Sequence record: DRR378314_402
Strand: one strand, 5' to 3'
Length of the DNA: 64,000 nucleotides
Under the pieces are notes generated by a model. It did not search any database and was not told where the DNA came from. It saw only the letters and a list, made by a program, of their open reading frames with translations. Shown here piece by piece: positions 57,098 through 64,000 of this stretch; position 1 is the stretch's first letter; each line of letters opens with the position of its first letter. The position numbers and the translations under genes were made by a program.

Positions 57098-58375
57098 CTA
57101 ATCGGCTTGAACGACCAGGTAGCCATTTTTCCATACTCTTAGTGGCGCTAATATGGTTTTCAGATCCTTATAAGGCGATTTTTGAAGCAGTAAAAAGTCA
57201 GCTTTCATTCCTTCTCTAATACGGCCTCGATCTGCTAGTGAGAAAGCATCCGCGGGTTTTGATGTAGCTGACTTTAAAATGGTTTCAGTTGGCATGCCTG
57301 CCTCCTGGAAAAGAAGCAGTTCAACTAATAATGACCAACCATGAGCGGTATTAGGGTTGGGAGCATCGCTACCAGCCAAAATAGTAATACCAGCATTGTG
57401 CATACGTTTTGTATTGGTGAGTAAGTTGGTGTAGAAGTGTTCAGGAAATCGGCCGCCGTTAGGAAAGTTACGATTGAGTGTCGATTTTGCGCTGGCACTT
57501 ATTTCTAGCGTCTCGTTATTCAGTAGAATTTCATCATTGATGGAGCCGCGCAGCATCCCCTCATAAACTGTCATTGTTGGAATTACAAACACACCGTTGA
57601 TTTTTAGAAGGGTGAGCAGTTCGTCAGAAACAGGCTGGTCAAAAAAACTGTGTACCAAGCCATCGGCTCCGGCTTCAACGGCATCGAGCGCAGAACCATG
57701 ATCGGCAATGTGAACAACGGCTAAGTACTCTTGTTCATGCGCAGCCTTAATAGCTGCCTGCAGACCCTGCTTTGAAATCGATGGTGCATGTGCGTAGGCT
57801 GAACCGGTGCGGGTATACACTATCTTGATGAAATCTGAGCCTGCATTAATACGTTGTTTTATCAGTTTTTCGGCCTCTTGTGGTTTGGAAAGTGTAGATA
57901 CCTCAATACCATACTGTGTCCCGTGCCCATTAGGTGCCGTTATTAATAATCCGGCACCAAAAATATCAGCCTTACGGCTAAACTTCGCTGTTGCCCTCTG
58001 GGGTTGATGTTGCCGCAGGAAGTTTGGATGACCAAACATATCAATAACGGTGGTTACGCCTCGTTCAAGATTTTGTTCTAATGCATCGCCCCAGGCATGC
58101 ACGTGTGCATCGATGAGTCCGGGAGCGAGCCAGCGGTTTTGTCCATCTATTTTCCGTAACTGACTGTCCGGTCGTTCCATGTGCAAGTCTTTGATATACC
58201 CATCGCGTACTTCAACATAAGCAGCTTTTGAGATGGTTTCCCCGTCAAAAATATTCACCGGGCCCAGGATAAAACTGTTACTGGTTTTGGCGCTTTCTTC
58301 CCGGGGTGTTGGCAGCGAGAGAATGATCAAAGCAATAACGACTACAAAAAGTGCTGCGATAATTTTAATCTTCAT
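57098..58375 (-). CDS. Membrane-anchored or exported amidohydrolase
   Basis: N-terminal TM; PGLIDAHVH, FIKIV, VVHI, LVHS, AGSDA, GRI..G..AD. Confidence 0.87.
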   Translation of the reverse strand: MKIKIIAALFVVVIALIILSLPTPREESAKTSNSFILGPVNIFDGETISKAAYVEVRDGYIKDLHMERPDSQLRKIDGQNRWLAPGLIDAHVHAWGDALEQNLERGVTTVIDMFGHPNFLRQHQPQRATAKFSRKADIFGAGLLITAPNGHGTQYGIEVSTLSKPQEAEKLIKQRINAGSDFIKIVYTRTGSAYAHAPSISKQGLQAAIKAAHEQEYLAVVHIADHGSALDAVEAGADGLVHSFFDQPVSDELLTLLKINGVFVIPTMTVYEGMLRGSINDEILLNNETLEISASAKSTLNRNFPNGGRFPEHFYTNLLTNTKRMHNAGITILAGSDAPNPNTAHGWSLLVELLLFQEAGMPTETILKSATSKPADAFSLADRGRIREGMKADFLLLQKSPYKDLKTILAPLRVWKNGYLVVQAD

Positions 58376-58388
58376 TTACCTAAACCTT

Positions 58389-59126
58389 TTAACGAAAAAG
58401 TCGCTGATAACGCCAATAAATTACGGCGATTAATGCGCCACAAAAAGTGACAAGATAAAGCCCGTGTAGCCATAAACTATGGCCTTGATTTGTACCGATA
58501 ACGGCATGTGCCAGTTGAGCGTAATGATACGATGGCAATCCATAAGCGATGTAACGAACGGTGTCGGGTAAGAATTGAATAGGAACCCATAGGCCGGATA
58601 AAAACGCCATGGGTAAATAAACTAAATTGACGACAGCAGGGGCCGCTTTGTCAGACAGGCAAAGCCCCATGAGTAACCCAATTAACGCAAATGGCAGAGT
58701 TCCTGCTAACAGAACAATGAAGAGTAGGCTCCACTGCCATAACCAAAGCTGCACACCGGCAAAAAGTGTTGCTGTAACAAACAACAGCAAGGCAATACAG
58801 GCGGCAAAGACTAAACTGCTAAAGAATTTAGCGACGACATAAGCAGAAAGCGGCATGGGGGAAACACGTTTTAGCGTAAGCCAGCCTTGTGCCCGGTCAC
58901 TAGCGACAGCGGTTGCGTAGTTAAATAAAGCAGGCCCCATCATGCCAAAGCAGGCGTATGAAACCAGCATATACTCGCCTTGTGCGGCACTAAAGTTAAA
59001 GACAATACCGAAGAACACGTAAAACACGAGTGGGAATAGCATGGCAGGTAAAAAGAATGCCGGGGTGCGCCATAAGCTGAGTAAGTCGTAATGGCTTTCT
59101 TTTATATACAGGGTTGAATTAAGCAT
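58389..59126 (-). CDS. ABC-2 exporter permease (YvfS-like)
   Basis: RTPAF; DR..GW...RVSPM; LSGLW.P...LP; about 6 TMs. Confidence 0.87.
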   Translation of the reverse strand: MLNSTLYIKESHYDLLSLWRTPAFFLPAMLFPLVFYVFFGIVFNFSAAQGEYMLVSYACFGMMGPALFNYATAVASDRAQGWLTLKRVSPMPLSAYVVAKFFSSLVFAACIALLLFVTATLFAGVQLWLWQWSLLFIVLLAGTLPFALIGLLMGLCLSDKAAPAVVNLVYLPMAFLSGLWVPIQFLPDTVRYIAYGLPSYHYAQLAHAVIGTNQGHSLWLHGLYLVTFCGALIAVIYWRYQRLFR

Positions 59127-59844
59127 GAATGGGCTCCCGAATAAGTTTTAAATAGGCTGACTCCAGGGAATCGTGGTCAGCCGTAACTTCGTTGACTGAT
59201 CCCTGTGCAATAATTTTTCCGTCCCGCAAGACAGCAACACGATCGGCAAGTCGCTCTGCTTCTTCAATATAGTGAGTGGTCAACACCAAAGCGCAGCCCT
59301 GCTGCCGACGTTGTTTAATTTGCTGCCAAAGCAAGTGGCGCGCTTCAACATCCATACCTACGGTAGGTTCATCAAGAAAAAGTAGGTCGGGATTTCCGGC
59401 CACTGCGATGGCAAACAGAACTTGCTGGCGCTGGCCGCCTGATAACTTCCCGAAGCGCTGCTGAGCAATGCCGGTTAAATCAAAATCTGTCAGTAAAATT
59501 TCCGGGGTAGTGCCTGACGGATAATAGCTACAAAATAAATCCAGCTGTTCAGCGACGGTTAAGTTGGCGTTTAAGGTACCAAGCTGCATCATAACCCCAA
59601 CACGCTGACGGATGGTTAACGGTCTATGCTGACTATTGAGTTGAGTCCCCAGAATTTCTAAATGCTGGGCCTCATAATCATGCATGCCAAGTATGCTATT
59701 GATTAAGGTGGTTTTGCCGGCTCCGTTTTTTCCCAGTACGGCAATGACCTCACCCGCATAGGCGTTGAGGCTGACATTGGTAAGCGCCGCTTTTTTGCCA
59801 TAGTGTTTATTAAGCGACTGTATTTTAAGGTTTATCTGACTCAT
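59119..59844 (-). CDS. ABC exporter ATP-binding protein (YvfR-like)
   Basis: GKNGAGKTT, LSGGQRQ, FLDEPT, TTHY. Confidence 0.9.
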   Translation of the reverse strand: MSQINLKIQSLNKHYGKKAALTNVSLNAYAGEVIAVLGKNGAGKTTLINSILGMHDYEAQHLEILGTQLNSQHRPLTIRQRVGVMMQLGTLNANLTVAEQLDLFCSYYPSGTTPEILLTDFDLTGIAQQRFGKLSGGQRQQVLFAIAVAGNPDLLFLDEPTVGMDVEARHLLWQQIKQRRQQGCALVLTTHYIEEAERLADRVAVLRDGKIIAQGSVNEVTADHDSLESAYLKLIREPIHA

Positions 59845-59906
59845 TGGCGGCCTTTGTTAGTTATCTGTTGTTGATGAGTCTATCCAGATAACCTATGAGC
59901 CGGTAG

Positions 59907-59941
59907 TCGCATATGTCACCTATTAGGCATGACATTTGTCA
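59907..59941. promoter_or_regulatory. DesR/NarL-type operator pair
   Basis: TGACA-TT-TGTCA (59930-59941) plus degenerate TCGCA-TA-TGTCA (59907-59918) in the divergent intergenic region. Confidence 0.65.
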
Positions 59942-59999
59942 CTGGTGTGCTTGCTTCGTAGCGGCCATAATAAAATGGTAAATAGCAAAGAGCGGCGAT

Positions 60000-61082
60000 A
60001 TGTCAGATAAGCAGCAGACACACGAACAAAAGCAGGCTTGGATTTACCTTTTTAACCTCGGCTTTTACATTTTACCGATGGTGCTTTTCCCGTATCCGAT
60101 TTGGGAACTTGTCGTCATGGTGGCGGCGATGTTGGTTTTTATTGGACTTTATTACTGCTGTTATTCGGTGCCGCGGCAGCAAATGCTGTGGCCAATCCTT
60201 GGCATGTACATTATTGCTTGCGCAGTGACGCCACTAAACCCGGGGTCTATTGCTCTTTTTAGTTACGCGGGATTTTTTGTTGGCTTTGCCTATAACTGGC
60301 GGGTTGCGCTTGCGGCTGTTGCCTGCATCATTCTTACCTTAGCCGCATTCCACTTTGGCCCAGGAACCAGCTGGGATCTCTTTTTGCCCTACGGCATCGT
60401 CATTGTCGTTACTGTTTCTATTTTTGGCCGGGTTGAACGACTCAGACAGCAACATTCTGAAGAGCAAGAACGCGATGCTAAAGAGATTGAGCGTTTAGCA
60501 ACCAGTGTTGAACGGGAGCGGATAGCAAGAGACTTGCACGACATTTTGGGTCACACGCTTTCCAGTATTATTTTGAAATCGGATCTCGCCAAGGCGCAAC
60601 TTTCTAAGCAGCGTTACGATGAAGCTTCTGAGCAGTTAGTAGAGCTGAGTGAAATTGCTCGTGAATCCCTTTCGCAGGTGCGGCAAAGTGTGTCGGGATA
60701 CAAGCATGGAGGGTTACAGCTTGAGCTGAGACGACTTGAGCAGCGTTTGACTGACGGAGGCTTCAGTACTCGGATAACCGGAACACCGCCGATAATAGAT
60801 GATCAACGGGAAACCTCACTGGTGTTAGCAATAACCGAGTTGGTAACCAATATTATTCGTCACAGCAATGGTCAACAATGCCTGATTCATTTTGACGAAA
60901 CAGCAAACACCTACTGTATTAAAGTTGTAGATAATGGTCGTTGTCATGACGTGAGTGTGGGCAACGGTTTGAGCGGCGTTGAGCTGAGAATACAGGAGCT
61001 TGGCGGCTCCATGTCCATCTCAACAAACAAAGGGTGTGAGGTGGCTCTTTTCTTACCAAAACTCGCAGAGCAACAGACATGA
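60000..61082 (+). CDS. DesK-like sensor histidine kinase (HisKA_3)
   Basis: About 5 TMs; ERERIARDLHDILGHTLS; ELVTNIIRHS; DNG; GNGLSG. Confidence 0.92.
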   Translation: MSDKQQTHEQKQAWIYLFNLGFYILPMVLFPYPIWELVVMVAAMLVFIGLYYCCYSVPRQQMLWPILGMYIIACAVTPLNPGSIALFSYAGFFVGFAYNWRVALAAVACIILTLAAFHFGPGTSWDLFLPYGIVIVVTVSIFGRVERLRQQHSEEQERDAKEIERLATSVERERIARDLHDILGHTLSSIILKSDLAKAQLSKQRYDEASEQLVELSEIARESLSQVRQSVSGYKHGGLQLELRRLEQRLTDGGFSTRITGTPPIIDDQRETSLVLAITELVTNIIRHSNGQQCLIHFDETANTYCIKVVDNGRCHDVSVGNGLSGVELRIQELGGSMSISTNKGCEVALFLPKLAEQQT

Positions 61083-61675
61083 AAATTCTCTTAGCTGAAG
61101 ATCAAACCATGGTGAGAACTGCGCTGGCAAGTTTGTTGCGACTGGAGTCTGATTACCATGTTGATGAAGCCGTGGATGGCGCTGATGCTCAGAAAAAATT
61201 ACAAGAATCTGATTACGATGTGCTGCTGAGCGATATTGAAATGCCTAACCTTTCTGGCCTTGAGCTAGTTCAGTGGGCACAGCGGAAACAGCCAAACCTT
61301 CGTTCGGTTATTATCACCACCTTTAACCGTGCCGGTTATATTAAGCGAGCTATTGACTCAGGTGTTCGCGGTTTTCTATTAAAAGATGCGCCGATTAATG
61401 AACTGATCATGTCGTTGCAGCGAGTTTGTCTGGGTGAGCAAGTAATAAGTAATGAGCTTCTTCTTCAGGCCCTTGGAGAGCGTGACCCGTTGACAGAAAA
61501 AGAGCGTAAGGCACTACGTCTGGCAAGTCAGGGGTTAAGCACTCAAGCCATCGCAGAACAGTTATTCATTGCTCCAGGTACGGCTCGAAATTACCTTTCT
61601 GAGGCAATCAATAAACTGCATGCGAGCAACCGGACTGAGGCTGCTCGCATCGCTCATCAAAAAGGCTGGTTGTAA
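61079..61675 (+). CDS. DesR-like NarL/LuxR response regulator
   Basis: LAEDQ; DIEMP; TTF.R.GY; PLTEKE; GTARNYLSEAI.KL; A..KGWL. Confidence 0.92.
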   Translation: MKILLAEDQTMVRTALASLLRLESDYHVDEAVDGADAQKKLQESDYDVLLSDIEMPNLSGLELVQWAQRKQPNLRSVIITTFNRAGYIKRAIDSGVRGFLLKDAPINELIMSLQRVCLGEQVISNELLLQALGERDPLTEKERKALRLASQGLSTQAIAEQLFIAPGTARNYLSEAINKLHASNRTEAARIAHQKGWL

Positions 61676-61700
61676 TAAGCTATACGCGTTTTTCAAAGGC

Positions 61701-62699
61701 TTAAAGCTTCACAATCAATTTACCTTTATTGTCGCCGGTAAAGAACATGTTCAGTCCCTCAATGGCTGACTCCAGCCCTTCAAGAATATGCGAACGATGT
61801 TTGATTTTGCCGGACATAACGTAAGGCGTCAGTTGTTGCAGCAAGCTTGGAATTTGATCGAAATGATCCGGCATGGTAAAGCCCTGAATCGTCAGACGTT
61901 TTTTAATAACAGGTATCCAGCTTGGTCCGGGACTGGGCACTTCTTTATCGTAGTCGGCTATCATGCCGCAAACCACTACACGACCATGCGCGTTCATACG
62001 TTCAACCACCAGATTCTGGATGGGGCCACCGGTGTTTTCAAAGTATAAATCTACGCCATCAGGAGTCAGTTTAGTCAGTTGGTCGCGCAAGTCATCGGTT
62101 TTATAATTAATTGCGCCGTCAAAGCCGAGTTCGTTGACTATCCAGTTGGCTTTTTCGTCACTGCCGACAACACCTATCACGTTAAGGCCTTCGGCTTTTG
62201 CTATCTGACCGACTATTGAGCCGACTGAACCTGCAGCGCCTGTTACTACGATGGTTTCTCCACTTTTAGGTTTACCTACATTAAGTAACCCTTGCGTAGC
62301 AGTTAACCCGGGTAAGGCGAATACTGAGAGTACAGTTTCGTCAGGTACGTCGGCCTGAACCTTGTTAATACCTTTTCCGTCGCTCAGTGCATATTCCTGC
62401 CAGCCCATCATGCCCATAACCCGGTCGCCGACTTCAAACTCAGGATGGTTACTCTCGACAACCTCTCCGACACCCGAGCTGCGCATTACCGTGTTTAATT
62501 CAACTGGTGGTATGTAGCTCTCTGTATCGGGGCTCATCCAGCCAAACATCGCAGGATCAAGAGACATTTGCCGCTGTTTTATTAATATTTCACCGGAACC
62601 GGTTTTCGGGAGCTCCTTTTCCGTTACTTCAAAAATGTCCGCTGAGACTGGGCCCGGTTCAGGGCGCTTAACCAGTTTAATCGCTTTATAAGTCGTCAT
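61701..62699 (-). CDS. NADP-dependent oxidoreductase (CurA/prostaglandin reductase-like MDR)
   Basis: SLDPAM; VVTGAAGSVGS; YFENTGG; CGMI..Y; GDNKGKLIV. Confidence 0.9.
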   Translation of the reverse strand: MTTYKAIKLVKRPEPGPVSADIFEVTEKELPKTGSGEILIKQRQMSLDPAMFGWMSPDTESYIPPVELNTVMRSSGVGEVVESNHPEFEVGDRVMGMMGWQEYALSDGKGINKVQADVPDETVLSVFALPGLTATQGLLNVGKPKSGETIVVTGAAGSVGSIVGQIAKAEGLNVIGVVGSDEKANWIVNELGFDGAINYKTDDLRDQLTKLTPDGVDLYFENTGGPIQNLVVERMNAHGRVVVCGMIADYDKEVPSPGPSWIPVIKKRLTIQGFTMPDHFDQIPSLLQQLTPYVMSGKIKHRSHILEGLESAIEGLNMFFTGDNKGKLIVKL

Positions 62700-62956
62700 A
62701 GAGTTCCCTCTTTATTAGGTTGTATGTAAGCCATATATGGCTACTCAGGTTACTTAATGAAAGGCCAATGCTGTGAGATTTATCACATTCTTTTGTAAAC
62801 ACTAGTTGCCGGATATTGTTAACTTTACCTAAGTCGATTAATATCAAACAGATAGTTGCTGTTCTGAAAAGGATGTCGGACATTGCGTAAACTCTGTCGG
62901 CTTATTCTTTTCTTACTATAAAAACTGTTTACGCCTATATAACAAGGAGATAAAAA

Positions 62957-63211
62957 ATGAAAGACGTTCTATTTTTTAACAATATGCTGACACCGAAGAT
63001 CATTACCTTTGTGTATTGGATTTTGCTTTTGGCCGCCGTTGTTGGTGGGGTAAGCACTATGTTTATGGGATATGAAGGTTTTACCTTTGGTAACTTCCTT
63101 AAAGGGATATTTTACGCTCTGGCCGGAGGCGTTGGTGCCAGAATTTGGTGTGAGCTTCTTATTGTTCTGTTTAAAATGAACGAAGCTCTGCAGGATCTTC
63201 GTAAGAAGTAA
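62957..63211 (+). CDS. DUF4282 family small membrane protein
   Basis: FF..MLTPKIITFVYW; ARIWCELLIVLFK.NE.L. Confidence 0.8.
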   Translation: MKDVLFFNNMLTPKIITFVYWILLLAAVVGGVSTMFMGYEGFTFGNFLKGIFYALAGGVGARIWCELLIVLFKMNEALQDLRKK

Positions 63212-63266
63212 GTGATAGAAATAAAGACATGTAACGCTTCTAAGTGGAGCTTTCTATAAGTTGCGC

Positions 63267-63290
63267 GGCCCTCCTGTTGGAGGGCCTTTT
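63267..63290 (+). terminator. Intrinsic terminator
   Basis: GGCCCTCC-TGTT-GGAGGGCC-TTTT. Confidence 0.8.
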
Positions 63291-63367
63291 ATTTTAGGTC
63301 TTTTCTCATGACTCAAATGAGCCTATTCTAGGGTTATACAACTCACTAACATCAGGTGCCACCGTTC

Positions 63368-64000
63368 TTGCGAAACCTTATTGCTATTGCTTTATTGCTA
63401 CTTGCTTCGGGGTCAATGGCTCAGGATGTAACATTGAAAGTGGGTGTTTATGACAACCCGCCCAAAATCATGTTCGATGAATACGGCCAGTTGAGCGGTA
63501 TTCATGGCCAGCTTCTTATGACTATTGCACAGCGTCATAATTGGCAACTGGTGCCGGTAGAATGTGAATGGGATCAATGCTTAAAGCTCTTGCGCGAGGG
63601 GCGAATTGATATTTTCCCGGATGTTGTGAAAAACGATGAAAGAGAGACTTGGGCTAGTTTTCATAATGAGCCTGCTTTATTGAGTTGGTCACAGCTTTAT
63701 GCGCCGAAAGAAGAAAAAATTACCAACCTTTTAGATTTGAACAACAAACGTGTGGCGGTACTGCGGGACTCTGTTCAGGAAGAGTATCTAAAACAATTAA
63801 TTGAGAATTTTGATCTAAACAGTGAGCTTTATCCGGTGCAGAGCCTTGCCGAAGGGTTTGATGCGGTTGTTGCGGGAAAGGTCAACGCCACTTCGGCGGA
63901 TCAGCTTTTTGGCGATAAGCAGGTGACAGAATATGCCATTGAAATGACCCCCATCATGTTTCTTCCTAATGAGGTTTTCTTTGCCGTTCCTAAAGGTTCT
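63368..64000 (+). CDS. 5' part of a protein with signal peptide and family-3 solute-binding (PBPb) domain, probably a signalling protein (partial)
   Basis: Manual translation: MRNLIAIALLLLASGSMAQDVTLKVGVYDNPPK...CEWDQCLKLLREGRID...; frame runs off the window end. Confidence 0.75.
   Translation, partial: MRNLIAIALLLLASGSMAQDVTLKVGVYDNPPKIMFDEYGQLSGIHGQLLMTIAQRHNWQLVPVECEWDQCLKLLREGRIDIFPDVVKNDERETWASFHNEPALLSWSQLYAPKEEKITNLLDLNNKRVAVLRDSVQEEYLKQLIENFDLNSELYPVQSLAEGFDAVVAGKVNATSADQLFGDKQVTEYAIEMTPIMFLPNEVFFAVPKGS

Noticed and set aside
548-62883. Many short ORFs in the track overlapping longer genes (e.g. 788-1153, 7768-8082, 18683-19063, 27283-27804, 32750-33157, 51134-51565, 53820-54206)
   Set aside because: They are antisense or alternate-frame shadows of well-supported genes, with no recognisable motifs.
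1-64000. CRISPR array, rRNA, tRNA, transposase, phage or integron integrase
   Set aside because: I saw no regularly spaced repeats, RNA-gene signatures, or DDE or tyrosine recombinase ORFs by eye. A covariance-model scan was not possible.

Overview
64 kb of a marine gammaproteobacterial chromosome; the gene content suggests Idiomarina or another alteromonad, but this is inference. (1) 1-9.5 kb is a core block: NatAB-like ABC exporter, S9 peptidase, fabR divergent from an acyl-CoA desaturase with a near-perfect FabR operator, a rod/hook-terminus-like small protein plus an SprA-like HExxH protein, tex and greB. (2) 9.6-29.1 kb is an accessory tract of mostly same-strand small genes: GNAT, AAA_28, yefM plus truncated yoeB, immunity-like proteins, yaeQ, lipid kinase, LytS/LytTR plus amidohydrolase, diguanylate cyclase, permuted LplA, HigBA, PaiB, DinB, VOC, GST, GFA, a Pho-box phosphoesterase and NUDIX. 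Several gaps hold eroded attC-like remnants, and no integrase is present. (3) 29.2-53.7 kb is an apparently complete arabinan utilisation locus: TonB receptor, four GH43s, a GH127/146 enzyme, a GPH symporter, a YtfQRT-YjfF ABC transporter, mutarotase and a five-step non-phosphorylative pentose-to-2-oxoglutarate pathway with a FadR/DgoR-type regulator. Its promoters carry two operator families: a local GTAATAYARTANKAC-type motif and three 18-bp palindromes resembling the LiuR branched-chain amino-acid regulon motif. The LiuR-like sites occur only upstream of polymer-degradation and uptake genes. (4) 53.8-64 kb holds DUF3617, ybaK, hypotheticals, a DesK/DesR-like pair with an ABC exporter and amidohydrolase, an NADP oxidoreductase, DUF4282 and a partial solute-binding-domain gene. 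No rRNA, tRNA, CRISPR array, transposase or integrase was seen. All family assignments come from motif recognition, not database searches.
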